From NCBI GenBank assembly GCA_002269645.1, contig NIVC01002527.1, positions 1 to 64,000 on the forward strand: a DNA stretch of 64,000 nucleotides. The letters are read 5' to 3'. Below the pieces are notes generated by a model that was not told the DNA's origin, ran no database searches, and worked only from the letters and a program-made list of their open reading frames with translations. The stretch's first letter is position 1, and each line of letters starts with the position of its first letter. Made by a program: the position numbers and the translations under genes. The DNA is from Macrostomum lignano (Eukaryota). Shown in pieces: positions 1 to 12,648 of the stretch.

Positions 1-897
1 TCTGCCCATTAAAATACTTTCTGTTTATTTCTGTATCTGCTGGCATTCTTAAAATATGAGCACTTTTCTGCCTCATCCCCTGTGCTACTTTACAAATTGC
101 CATAGACTAAAGCTTTGTACTGATGCATGAAACAATGAAACATTCAACGAATCAACAAAAACATCCACAACATGAAAGCTGAGGAAAGAACAGTCAAAAG
201 TTAATCATCAACATTGTCCTGAGGCTTCTCCCACATAGTCATTACTGCGCTGCACACTTCTGCCATTGGCTGTGCATGTTGTCAATGTCATCAATCAGCA
301 AAATCTGAGCACTGCATTCTCATGAAAGAGAACTTGGCAAGTCAATGCTTCCAGGCTCCTACAACAAGCAAAGATTTGTCCATGCAGTAGCTTCTTCCTC
401 TTTGAAAAAAGGCAAAGTCAGCTGTTGACAAATCAGGAGAGTAGGGTAGCAGTGAGAGCAGCACAAAATTTTCCTGCTTGATTGTCTTCTCCATTTTCTT
501 GGCCATGTGGGACATGCCTTGTTGACATGCATAGCCAATGGCAGAAGTGTGCAGCGCAGTGGTGACTATGTGAAGAAGCCTTAGGACAATGTTGATAATT
601 AACTTTTGACTGTTCTTTCTTTAGCTTTCATGTTGCTGATATTTTGTTGATTTGTTGAATGTTTTGTTGTTTCATGCATCAGGTACAAAGCTTTGGTCTA
701 TGGCAATTTGTAAAAGTAGCACAGGGGTAGGGCAGAAAAGTGCTCATATCTCAAGAATGCCAGCGGATATAGAAATAATCAGAAAGTCATTTTAATGGGC
801 AGATAATTCTTTTTTCAATTGCAACAGACTTAATATTTCTGATTGGTCAGAAAAGGCTATAATGAAGAAAGTGCACTGACTTTTGGGAAACCCCTTG
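1..897. mobile_element. Mariner-type non-autonomous foldback element with very long inverted arms; left end lies outside the window
   Basis: 1-~283 is the reverse complement of ~522-803 (tctgcccattaaaat... / ...tttaatgggcaga). The right arm continues to ...ttttgggaaaccccttg|TA (897/898-899), which reads TA-CAAGGGGTTTCCCAAAAG on the other strand, close to the terminus of the 34489-35452 element. Confidence 0.75.
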
Positions 898-2646
898 TAT
901 ACAACTTTTATGTAATAAACTTTATAATTAGCTATATTGTTGGCATTAATTTTTATTGTTTACAGTGTCCTAAATCAATATATGAACAATTTGTTTTTTT
1001 TAAATAAATTTAACTAGCCTTGATCACAGATACTAGAATAACTAGATAGGCCATTCAGCACATTTGCATGCAGGCTACTTTCAGCTTAGTAGTAAGTTAA
1101 ATAGAAGCATTTTTATTTATTTTTAAAGCCAAGGCTTATTATTTATTGGCTCTTATCCCCCAGCTTAAACCTTCCAACTGCACCCCTCCACACTACTCTC
1201 TACCTTTCCATCCAATTTCATTGCCTTTCTTGGAATTCTATTCTAAAGCTGCCATGTAAAATATATAAGCAACACTTTATTGAAGCCTAAGCCTAGTATA
1301 AGTATACACTCAGCTCTATATATATTGCCTATATACTCTACATATATAATCGATATATACTGTAGAGCCTAAAGCCACTAACTAAAAGATGTAATCTAAA
1401 ACACAGGCCTGTTTTCCCTGTTTTCACCACATTATCCATGAAGATGACAGTAAAGATCTCGATCTGCCTAATCTTTTACTTATTTCCTCTCTTCTCATTA
1501 AAAACCGAAAATATAGTAAAAATTATTAAATAAAATTACAAAGTTGAGACAGCATCAATAATTATTTATACAGTTCAAAACGATTAATCTAATGTCAATG
1601 AATCACAATAAATATAAGTAGAAGAAGTATATAAATATAATAAATGATGTATACAACAAAATTAAAACGTAAGTGTGTAATTAAAGTTGGAATTTAAAAA
1701 ATCAAAAGCATATTTTATGTAAAAGTTTCTTAAGGGTAATTTTAGCCATAGTTTGTTAACGTCAAACTTGAAGATACAAAAGTAGATATATTTAGTTATA
1801 ACTATATTGCTGCTATAACAACGCTAAAAATTTAGATTGTACAATTTACAAAGATTAGAACTTCTATTAACTTCGTAATTTCTGCAAGCTGTAGTAGCAA
1901 ATGTTTGATTTCTTTGGCCAAGCAATTAAACGCAAGAAGACGCTTCCTATAAAACTTTTCGATTGCGAAACTTCTAGACACAACCCCTACTACTCGTACA
2001 TATGAGCGTAGACTCAAAAAATGAACTTTGTACCTTTTACTGTATCGCAGTGTTTGAACATTGTCGAAAATCCAACCGAAAACTATTGATTTAATGTTTG
2101 GATCTTTTAGTTTTGCTTGATTAGAATTTGATAGAATTATTAAATTTGGTAAATTAATAATTTTTAATTATAATGGCTTAAATCCAACGCAATTAATGGG
2201 ATTAGAGAAGGAAAGTATTTGTTTGCTTCACCAGACACTTACCTAGTGATATATTTTATGATGTTCTATGGTTATATGGCCTATTAGAAATTATACACTT
2301 TTAGTTGATCAAACAATAAATAGCATGGTCTCTTAAAATAAGTATACTCGCTTATGCAAGAACATACTATTTTAGGACATGCAGCAGAATTTATACTTGT
2401 GCATATAGTTATATTAAATATGTTAAGCAGTCTCCATTTTAAATGCCAGCTACTCGTATGTGCTTTTTCGTCTGGTAAATTTTATGAAGAGAAAGAAATT
2501 TTTTAATTAACAAAACTTTCAGTTTTAAAGTATCAATTTTCCGATACGCTAGATAAGCAGATGACTAAAATTTATTTGAATTCTTCTATAAAAATGTCTG
2601 TTAATTCGCTTTTAAACTGACTATTGCATGCTGAGCCAGCATCAAA

Positions 2647-3298
2647 ATGACAGAGCGACCTTTGGCGGAAAAAGTTGAGGAACTGCGCAACAAAATCAAC
2701 CTGTTGGAGGGAGACAGGAAAGCCTACTATGAGAACAGCTATTACACCCAGAAGCAGAACAAGGAAAAGATTGGGCAGCTCCGCAAGGAGAACAAAGACC
2801 TGCGCAAGCAGCTCAAAGATCGGCTGTCAGCTGATGATCACGTGATCAATCAGGCCTTCCAGGACCGGCCGGTGGAGCGGGCGGCACTGTCCAACAAGAC
2901 CGGGCGGGACGCCATCCAGACCATGGACTACAAGGTCAGCGACACCAAGAAGAAGCTGAACGCATTGAAGCACATGACGGCGGTGAAACAGAGGAAGCTG
3001 GACGAGCTGCAGCAGGAGAACAAGGAGATGGAGCAGGACGCCGAGGAGGCCAAGGCTACGGAGGAGGGCGAGAGCTACGAGGGCCGTCGACTGCGCGACC
3101 TGGAGAACAAGATGGACAAGACCAACATGAAGCTGAAGGAGGCTGAGCACATCAAGCGAACCTACGAGCAGATCAAATCCCGGCTGCAGGAGGACCACCT
3201 GAGCTTCGGCAACACGCTTGACGCGATGGAGGCGGAGATTCGCGAAGGCCGAGAGGAGATCAGCGAGCTGGAGCGCACAGCCGAGGAGGCCAACCGCA
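2647..3298 (+). CDS. ODAD3: Outer dynein arm docking complex subunit 3 (CCDC151), exon 1 of 2; join(2647..3298,4057..5024), 539 aa
   Basis: Coiled-coil N-terminus ELRNKINLLEGDRKAYYE...QNKEKIGQLRKE matches the CCDC151 motif (ELQRKIQLLEGDRKAFYES). Donor A|GTGAGT at 3298/3299, phase 1. Confidence 0.9.
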
Positions 3299-3682
3299 GT
3301 GAGTAGCAGCAGCCAAGGGGTGTTCGCGGTTCGGACTTGAATTTTGCTTTGGTCTGTTGCTTTCCGTTTTTGAAATAAAGCGGAAATGCTAATTCTGAGC
3401 TAAGCCTTGATTTCCTTTTAATCTCTCTAATGCATTTTAAAACGAGTTTATCCTCCTGCTAAGACTTCGTTGCGGTCAAGCCTCGGTTATTGCGATTTAC
3501 AGGGCAATCGTTTGGCAAAAATGAAAATTTTGTTTCACACTGCCCAGATTTGCCTTGTAGTGAAGTTTACATTCAGCCGTATTCCAATATTTTTGGGACG
3601 AAGCCGTTCTTATCCGGCCCTCGGGTCCCTTGACACTTCACAATAGCAATTCGGCTCAATGTTCATCTCTCTTCTCAGATCA

Positions 3683-3977
3683 CTCTCTCTCCCCTCTTCT
3701 CTCCCCTCTTCTCTCTTCTCTCCTCTCCCTCTCCTCTCCCCTCTCCCCTCTCTCCTCTCCCCTCTCCCTCCTCTCTCCTCTCTCCTCTCCTCTCTCTCCT
3801 CTCCCCTCTCTCCTCTCCCCTCTCTTCTCTCCCCTCTCTCCTCTCTCCTCTCCCCTCTCTCTTCTCTCCTCTTCCCTCTCTCCTCTCTCCTCTCCCCTCT
3901 CTCTTCTCTCCTCTCCCCTCTCTCCTCTCCCCTCTCTCCTCTCTCCTCTCTCCTCTCTCCTCTCTCCTCTTTCTCCT
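3683..3977. repeat. Polypyrimidine (CTCTCCTCTCC-like) low-complexity tract in the ODAD3 intron
   Basis: Almost pure C/T for about 300 bp; source of the spurious LSPLSS/ERGE ORFs. Confidence 0.95.
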
Positions 3978-4056
3978 CTGTAAAATTGCAAAAGCAGTGA
4001 GGAACTACAAGTCTCCGATTTCCAATTCCCCCCCCCCGACCCCAACTCAACTTCAG

Positions 4057-5024
4057 GCAAAGAGGAGGCTGCGCACAAGCTCAAGAAGATGGAGGAGACA
4101 GTCTATACCGAGCGCAAGCGTCGTGAGCAGGAGATCCACAAGCTCAAATCCGAGGCGGACGAGAAGAGGCTGCAGTACGAGAAGATGGAGCGACGCCAGG
4201 CCCAGCGAGACTCAACGCAGGACCAGGGCCCGGAGAGAACCTCGTCCTCCCTCGGCGACAGTCAGCAGGAGAAGATCACCGACCTGCAGGAGGCCTTCAA
4301 GCGCATCAAGGAGGCCACAGGCGTCAGCGACCTGAATGAGGTGGTCATCCGCTTCGAGAACCAGGGCTCCACCCGGGAGCACCTCGAGGAGCTGAAGAAG
4401 GACTCCGAGAAGGAGACGCAGAGACTGCGAGCCGAAAGGGACACGCTAAAGACGCAGTTCGACGACGTGAAGTATTCCGGTGAGTGCAAACTGAGCTCCG
4501 GACAGAAGATTCTGGAGAACTACCAGACTCAGCTGCGCCGCGAGGAGGAAGACAGGGCCGCCGTGGAACAGGAGCTCGAGTCCGCCTCCAAGGTGTTGGT
4601 GCAGTGCAAGGCCGGCGTGGACCACCTGCACGAGAAGCTGTCGCACATCAAGGTGGCGCGCAGCCACGCCGCGCAGGCCCAGATTGATCCGTCAAGCGAC
4701 GCCTACGTTCTAGACGTGCTCGGCAAGTGCGAGGAGCGCCTGCTGAAGCTCATGGCGGAACTGGAAAAGGAGGACGTCGAGGCCGAGCTGAAGGCGATGC
4801 GAGCGGAGGAGTTCAACCAGCAGGTGGAGTCGAAGCTGCCGCAGCACAACGTGCGCATCAGCCTGGCCGGCCAGTCGCGGGAGAAGAGCTACGACGACGA
4901 CTCGGACTCGGCCGAAGACGACGGCGAAGTGCTGTCCCGGGCGGCCGTGAAGAAACAGTCGCAGCAGCTGATCGACCAGAAGACCAAGAAGCGGGTGGCG
5001 CGAAAGAAGAAGACCAAGAAGTGA
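4057..5024 (+). CDS. ODAD3: ODAD3/CCDC151 exon 2 of 2
   Basis: Acceptor caacttcag|GC; the splice gives ANRS-KEEAAHKLKKMEETVYTERKRRE. Downstream motifs IKEATGV, LKYSG-like VKYSGE, LPQHNVRISL, and an acidic patch followed by LSRAAVKKQSQQLI all match the CCDC151 C-terminus. Confidence 0.9.
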
Positions 5025-5847
5025 ACAGACTGTTAAAATCGAATTCAAATGAACAATAGCATTTTGAGAGCTAAAAATAGACTACCAGCGAACGATTGAA
5101 TCCACTATAGGATTAAGTAAGGCTTTACCATAGACAGTCTCGCTTTGCATTGAACCAATGGTCTATAGAGTTTTGGCCATAGACATTCTACAGCGGGTCG
5201 GCTTAGGCTATGTATCTAAGTAATTATAACCATAGTTCTGACCATAGACAGTAGAAAAATTGCCCTAAATGCATGGATTTTCTATTGCAGTGGAACCCCT
5301 TGCTCGCTCCCAGTCTAGTTTAGCTCTCAAAAAACGCTCTCAAATTATTTTCTACACGACTGAACTGTTCTGTTGCGGAAACCCGGATTTGGCAAATTTT
5401 CCTACTAATAGCCGCGAAATTATAATTTACAAAAAGCTCGCCCAAACGTAGCGATGACTGTCTTCTGTCTTCCCCGCGCGCTCGAGGCTGTGGCTATTCG
5501 GTATTAAAAATTTTCTCCGTTATTATTTTATATTCCCCTACCCGAGAGCCAGGAGTTTTTCCTGTGTTAACAACCGTGCTTCCTTGGACTTTCCGATTCG
5601 TGTCTTCCCAGCTCCCTTCTCTCCCCATGTTTATCGTCCCCGGCTGTGCACTCCACTGATCAAAACATTAATATTTTTTCTTGTTGCTCTGATTCAAGCC
5701 AATGAAATAAAAAAGCGTTGAAAAATATTTAGTATCATCCAAATCGGTCGTTCTTTGCTTGCGTTCACGTGAGTAAAATACGAGTACATTTGAAAGCAAT
5801 TAATTTGAATTTAATTTTACCTGATTTTGTTCAGTAATCTGGGTAAA

Positions 5848-7085
5848 CCATGGGGTCATGGGGTCATGGGGGTCAATTGGGGTCATAGGTCATGGGGTCA
5901 TGGGGTCAATGGGGGACATGGGATCATGGGGGTCAATGGGGGTTATGGGTCATGGGGTCATGGTGATCATGGGGTCATGAGGGCCGATGGGGGTCAATGG
6001 GGGACATGGGGTCATGGGGTCATGGTGGTCATGGGGTCATGAGGGCCGATGGGGGTCAATGGGGGACATGGGATCATGGGGATCAATGGGGGTTATGGGT
6101 CATGGGGTCATGGGGTCATGGGGTCATGGCGTCATGGGGTCATGGGGTCATGGGGTCAATGGGGGTCATGGGGTCATGAGGGCCGATGGGGGTCGATGGG
6201 GGAGATGGGATCATGGGGGTCAATGGGGGTTATGGGTCATGGGGTCATGGTGATCATGGGGTCATGAGGGCCGATGGGGGTCAATGGGGGACATGGGGTC
6301 ATGGGGTCAATAGGGCATGGGGTCATGAGGGCCGATGGGGGTCAATGGGGGACATGGGATCATGGGGGTCAATGGGGGTTATGGGTCATGGGGTCATGAG
6401 GGCCGATGGGGGTCAATGGGGGACATGGGATCATGGGGGTCAATGGGGGTTATGGGTCATGGGGTCATGGTGATCATGGGGTCATGAGGGCCGATGGGGT
6501 CAATGGGGGACATGGGGTCATGGGGTCATGGTGGTCATGGGGTCATGAGGGCCGATGGGGGTCAATGGGGGACATGGGATCATGGGGATCAATGGGGGTT
6601 ATGGGTCATGGGGTCATGGGGTCATGGGGTCATGGGGTCATGGGGTCAATGGGGTCATGGGGTCATGGGGTCATGGGGGTTATGGGTCATGGGGTCATGG
6701 GGTAATGGGGTCATGGGGTCATGGGGTCATGGGGTCAATGGGGTCAATGGGGTCATGGCGTCATGGGGTCATGAGGGCCGATGGGGGACATGGGATCATG
6801 GGGGTCAATGGGGGTTATGGGTCATGGGTCATGAGGGCCGATGGGGGTCAATGGGGGACATGGGATCATGGGGGTCAATGGGGGTTATGGGTCATGGGGT
6901 CATGAGGGCCGATGGGGTCAATGGGGGACATGGGATCATGGGGGTCAATGGGGGTTATGGGTCATGGGGTCATGGTGGTCATGGGTCATGAGGGCCGATG
7001 GGGGTCAATGGGGACATGGGGTCATGGGGTCAATGGGGTCATGGGGTCATAGGGGTCAATGGGGGTCATGGGTCATGGGAGTCAA
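5848..7085. repeat. G-rich minisatellite built on GGGGTCAT/GGGGTCAAT with higher-order blocks
   Basis: Tandem GGGGTCAT units interspersed with recurring GAGGGCCGAT, GGGGGACAT and GGGATCAT variants. Confidence 0.95.
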
Positions 7086-8203
7086 TGATCAGGTCATAAC
7101 CCCCCTAAACGGCCCGACCATTAAAATTTCTTGATCATAATTTTTACCATTGCAAGTTAAAAGGTTGATGGCATACTTACAGGTATAAACACGATTTTAA
7201 AATGTTGCTTTTTTGCGCTTTATATTGGCGCTGATTGGCGCCGAGGCGATGAAAGGTAGGCAGCTTGCTGGTTGTGGATATCTGAGACTCTGAGGGTTCA
7301 GTGCAGAGGCAGCGGGCGGGTGCGGAGACTGTCTGTGGTAAATCCTCACTTTGTCCCAGGCAAACTGCAACACAAGTATACGGTAGATTTCCATGCATGC
7401 AAGTGTTTTTAGAATCTCAGCAAGCATTCTTCGGGGATGCTCTTGGAAATCTCCATTCTCTTTGCACAAATCTATTAGAAAATATTTGATATAATCTCAC
7501 TTGTCTTTCGTCTACAGAAGAAGAATCTGTGTATAGAATCTGTGGGTTGAGCCAATCAAGTATAGAGAACTGCTATTTGGCAGCAGGAGATTTGGTTTTG
7601 CCCATAGACAGACCCATAGCTTGACCCTGAGAGTCCGCACTGTCTCCAACAGTTGTGTTGTCGTCCGGAACTGTGGGGCCATCCAAATCAAAATTGCTTT
7701 TTCTTTCGTATGTTGCCTCTTTTTCTGGGCAATTCTGTAATCAACGCGCACACATGGGCTCTGCAAAGCGTGAGGACAAAAGGCCCCACAGCAACCAGCT
7801 GTACTTGACAATTTAGCAATAAAGGCTTTAATCCCAGTTTGAATGGCGATGTAGGTTCCTCGGGTAGTTTAGCCATTCTCTCACTCCCATTTTCTGCAAC
7901 AAGCAAATTTCCTGACCTGCAGCAGAAGCGGCATCAGCTGTCTTTCCTGGCGCACAGTAAAAGCAATTTTTTCAGCTCAATTTTGTTGGAACTGAAATTG
8001 GTGGGCCAGAATGCACCTGATCGATATTAGAATGCTGGTCCCGTCCTCAGCTGCAATGGCTCTACTCTTTCGTGGAAAGAAGTCCCAAATTCCAAATTGC
8101 AGGATTTCAGAATTAAATACCGGCGCGGCACCGTGCAGGTGCGTTGAATGCAATGGGGGAGTTTGGCTTGTCTTGTAAGTTGGTAAAAAGCCTTTCAGAG
8201 TGG

Positions 8204-10945
8204 CCAGCATGAAATTGTCAGGATGGTCAGAGTGAGATTGTCAGGATGGTCAGAGTGAGATTGTCAGGATGGTCAGCATGAAATTGTCAGGATGGTCAGA
8301 GTGAGATTGTCAGGATGGTCAGAGTGAGATTGTCAGGATGGTCAGAGTGAGATTGTCAGGATGGTCAGAGTGAGATTGTCAGGATGGTCAGAGTGAGATT
8401 GTCAGGATGGTCAGAGTGAGATTGTCAGGATGGTCAGAGTGAGATTGTCAGGATGGTCAGAGTGAGATTGTCAGGATGGTCAGAGTGAGATGGTCAGCAT
8501 GAGATGGTCAGCATGAGATTGTCAGGATGGTCAGAGTGAGATTGTCAGGATGGTCAGAGTGAGATGGTCAGCATGAGATGGTCAGCATGAGATTGTCAGG
8601 ATGGTCAGAGTGAGATTGTCAGGATGGTCAGCATGAGATTGTCAGGATGGTCAGAGTGAGATTGTCAGGATGGTCAAAGTGAGATTGTCAGGATGGTCAG
8701 AGTGAGATTGTCAGGATGGTCAGAGTGAGATTGTCAGGATGGTCAGAGTGAGATTGTCAGGATGGTCAGAGTGAGATTGTCAGGATGGTCAGAGTGAGAT
8801 GGTCAGCATGAGATGGTCAGCATGAGATTGTCAGGATGGTCAGAGTGAGATTGTCAGGATGGTCAGAGTGAGATGGTCAGCATGAGATGGTCAGCATGAG
8901 ATTGTCAGGATGGTCAGAGTGAGATTGTCAGGATGGTCAGCATGAGATTGTCAGGATGGTCAGAGTGAGATTGTCAGGATGGTCAAAGTGAGATTGTCAG
9001 GATGGTCAAAGTGAGATTGTCAGGATGGTCAGAGTGAGATTGTCAGGATGGTCAAAGTGAGATTGTCAGGATGGTCAAAGTGAGATTGTCAGGATGGTCA
9101 AAGTGAGATTGTCAGGATGGTCAAAGTGAGATTGTCAGGATGGTCAGCATGAGATTGTCAGGATGGTCAGAGTGAGATTGTCAGGATGGTCAGCATGAGA
9201 TTGTCAGGATGGTCAGCATGAGATTGTCAGCATGAGATGGTCAGCATGAGATTTTCAGGATGGTCAGCATGAGATTGTCAGGATGGTCAGAGTGAGATTG
9301 TCAGGATGGTCAAAGTGAGATTGTCAGGATGGTCAGAGTGAGATTGTCAGGATGGTCAAAGTGAGATTGTCAGGATGGTCAAAGTGAGATTGTCAGGATG
9401 GTCAGCATGAGATTGTCAGGATGGTCAGAGTGAGATTGTCAGGATGGTCAGCATGAGATTGTCAGGATGGTCAGCATGAGATTGTCAGCATGAGATGGTC
9501 AGCATGAGATTTTCAGGATGGTCAGCATGAGATTGTCAGGATGGTCAGAGTGAGATTGTCAGGATGGTCAAAGTGAGATTGTCAGGATGGTCAGAGTGAG
9601 ATTGTCAGGATGGTCAAAGTGAGATTGTCAGGATGGTCAAAGTGAGATTGTCAGGATGGTCAAAGTGAGATTGTCAGGATGGTCAAAGTGAGATTGTCAG
9701 GATGGTCAGCATGAGATGGTCAGCATGAAATGGTCAGCATGAGATGGTCAGCATGAGATGGTCAGCATGAGATGGTCAGCATGAGATGGTCAGCATGAGA
9801 TGGTCAGCATGAGATGGTCAGCATGAGATGGTCAGCATGAGATTTTCAGGATGGTCAGCATGAGATGGTCAGCATGAAATGGTCAGCATGAGATGGTCAG
9901 CATGAGATGGTCAGCATGAGATGGTCAGCATGAGATGGTCAGCATGAGATGGTCAGCATGAGATGGTCAGCATGAGATGGTCAGCATGAGATTGTCAGGA
10001 TGGTCAGCATGAGATGGTCAGCATGAGATTGTCAGGATGGTCAGAGTGAGATTGTCAGGGATGGTCAAAGTGAGATTGTCAGGATGGTCAGCATGAGATT
10101 GTCAGGATGGTCAGCATGAGATGGTCAGCATGAGATGGTCAGCATGAGATGGTCAGCATGAGATGGTCAGCATGAGATGGTCAGCATGAGATTGTCAGGA
10201 TGGTCAGAGTGAGATTGTCAGGATGGTCAGCATGAGATGGTCAGCATGAGATGGTCAGCATGAGATGGTCAGCATGAGATTGTCAGGATGGTCAGAGTGA
10301 GATTGTCAGGATGGTCAGCATGAGATGGTCAGCATGAGATGGTCAGCATGAGATTGTCAGGATGGTCAGAGTGAGATTGTCAGGATGGTCAGCATGAGAT
10401 GGTCAGCATGAGATGGTCAGCATGAGATGGTCAGCATGAGATTGTCAGGATGGTCAAAGTGAGATTGTCAGGATGGTCAGCCTGAGATTGTCAGGATGGT
10501 CAGCATGAGATGGTCAGCATGAGATGGTCAGCATGAGATGGTCAGCATGAGATGGTCAGCATGAGATGGTCAGCATGAGATGGTCAGCATGAGATGGTCA
10601 GCATGAGATGGTCAGCATGAGATTGTCAGGATGGTCAGAGTGAGATTGTCAGGATGGTCAGCATGAGATTGTCAGGATGGTCAGCATGAGATGGTCAGCA
10701 TGAGATTGTCAGGATGGTCAGCATGAGATGGTCAGCATGAGATTTTCAGGATGGTCAGAGTGAGATTGTCAGGATGATCAGCATGAAATTGTCAGAATGG
10801 TCAGAGTGAGATTGTCAGTATGGTCAGAGTGAGATTCTCAGTATGGTCAGAGTGAGATTCTCAGGATGGTCAGAGTGAGATTGTCAGGATGGTCAGAGTG
10901 AGATTGTCAGTATGGTCATGGTCAGAATGAGGCTGTCAGGATTGT
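8204..10945. repeat. 2.7-kb minisatellite of a 23-bp unit (GTCAGGATGGTCAGAGTGAGATT) and a derived 14-bp unit (GGTCAGCATGAGAT)
   Basis: Direct reading; runs of 14-bp units dominate from about 9715. Confidence 0.95.
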
Positions 10946-11164
10946 CAGAACCACCCTTTTCCTGGTATTGGCCGCTACAAACCTAAGGCTCAGGCTTGAG
11001 CAGCACAGCAACTTCCCCATTGGCCATGAGATGGGATTAGCTGCGTCTCGATTCTCCATCCCCAGTATAAACTTTGCGGCAGCCATCGAGAAGCCATCGC
11101 GCTGCCAGGAAGGAAATCGCCCGCATCCTCCCCTAGCTGTCAAGAACCGAAATCCGGAAGCGGC

Positions 11165-11995
11165 ATGGAATCAAAGGAGCTGCTGCACATGGATCAGCAG
11201 CAGCAGGAGTCGCTGCTGTACTACGATATCCCGATCAGGGTCACCGGGACGGCTCTGTCCCTCCTCATCCTCTGCATCGGCTTTGTCGGCAACGTGCTGG
11301 TGATGGCGGTGGTGCTCACCGCCCGCGGCCGCATGATCACCACCACCAACTGCTACCTGGTGTCCCTGTCCCTTGCTGATCTGGTGGTTCTAATTGTTGG
11401 AGCCGTCACCATGGTAACGGAGCTGAACATCGTCCGGGACCGCTGGCTGCTCTGTGGCCTGGCCGGCTGCAAGCTGTCGGTCTACCTCACCTACGTGGGG
11501 GTGAACACCTCGGCCTTCTCCATCACGGCCTTCTCCTTGGAGCGCTGGGTGGCCATCTGCCATCCCATCACTGCGAAGACAGCCTGCACCGTCCGCCGCG
11601 CCTTCCGCATCATCGCTGGAATCTGGACATTCGGCCTGGCCTACAACGCGCCCTGGCTGTACCTGGCCACGGTCAGGCCGACCCGGCCGGGAAACGGCAG
11701 CCTGGAGGTGCCCAGCTGCCAGCACAAGCTGGCCAGGTCCGACCCCATCTACATGTCGCTGTACCTGGCCGACCTCAGCCTGTTCTATGTGGTGCCGCTG
11801 CTGCTTCTGTCTGGCGTGTACACCGCCATCGCCAGGGCTCTGTTCCGCTCGTCTGCCTCTAGGAGCAACGGCCGCGACGGAGTCGAGAGAAGAGGCGGCC
11901 GATGCTGCGGCAGCGACACCGGGAGCGGCATCGCCAGAATGACGGAGCCGCTGAGATCGTCGAATACCGCCAGGCTGCTGCAGAGTCGAATCCAG
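11165..11995 (+). CDS. TRHR: Thyrotropin-releasing hormone receptor-like class A GPCR, exon 1 of 3; join(11165..11995,13637..13868,14210..14373), 408 aa
   Basis: GN in TM1; TNCYLVSLSLADL; GCKLSVYLTYVGVNTSAFSITAFSLERWVAICHP; YLADLSLFYVVPLLL. All closely parallel TRHR. Donor CAG|GTTGGC, phase 0. Confidence 0.85.
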
Positions 11996-12023
11996 GTTGG
12001 CTGGCCTGGGGAATTGTCTTGAG

Positions 12024-12369
12024 CAGGGGCGTCGCCACCGGGAGGACAGGGACACATGTCCTGCGGCGCTAAAATGAGTGCCTGTGGCGCTAAAATGAGT
12101 GCCTGTGGCGCTAAAATGAGTGGCTCCGGCGCTAAAATGAGTGCCTGCGGCGCTAAAATGAGTGCCTGTGGCGCTAAAATGAGTGCCTGTGGCGCTAAAA
12201 TGAGTGCCTGTGGCGCTAAAATGAGTGCCTGTGGCGCTAAAATGAGTGCCTGTGGCGCTAAAATGAGTGCCTGTGGCGCCAAAGTGAGCGCTGACGATAA
12301 TCTGAAAATATTGTACATGTAGGATTTTGGCTTTTTCCCCCCACCATAAAATCCATGGCAACGCCCCTG
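12024..12369. mobile_element. hAT-like MITE enclosing a 21-bp minisatellite (GGCGCTAAAATGAGTGCCTGT) in TRHR intron 1
   Basis: TIRs CAGGGGCGTCGCCA / TGGCAACGCCCCTG (13/14 match). Flanks gtcttgag / atcttgag form a 7/8 8-bp TSD. About 11 tandem 21-mers inside (12061-12291). Confidence 0.75.
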
Positions 12370-12436
12370 ATCTTGAGCAGTCTTTGGGATTATGAGTGAC
12401 AAGTGTGTAAAATCTTGCGATTTTAAGAGCCGTGTT

Positions 12437-12648
12437 GGGGTCCGTAGCCTAGTGTTTTGATGTCCCAGCGGCCCAGGCTCGATTCCAAGTGCAGTCACAT
12501 TAATTTGGGGCTAAATGGGAATCTCGGCTTGGCTCTGCTCGTGCAATTAACGGCCTTGAGGGCCAACCCCCAAGGCACATGGCAAGGAAGTGTACATGCC
12601 TCATGATAAATAAAGTTAGGGCCGCTGTGCACCCCTGTGTGAGTGTGA
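12437..12648 (+). mobile_element. tRNA-derived SINE (family A), 3'-truncated copy
   Basis: GTAGCCTAGTG A-box and GGCTCGATTCC B-box; body near-identical to 60007-60376 (ccaagtgcagtcacattaatttggggct...gtgtacatgcct). Confidence 0.8.

Noticed and set aside
2200-2646. RFX X-box upstream of the ciliary gene ODAD3
   Set aside because: The best candidate (gttctatggttat, about 2262) is a poor match to GTTNCCATRGNAAC.
2827-4667. Antisense and alternative-frame ORFs over ODAD3, and similar ones over TRHR, the TUT-like gene and QARS1
   Set aside because: Expected by-products of GC3-rich coding sequence.
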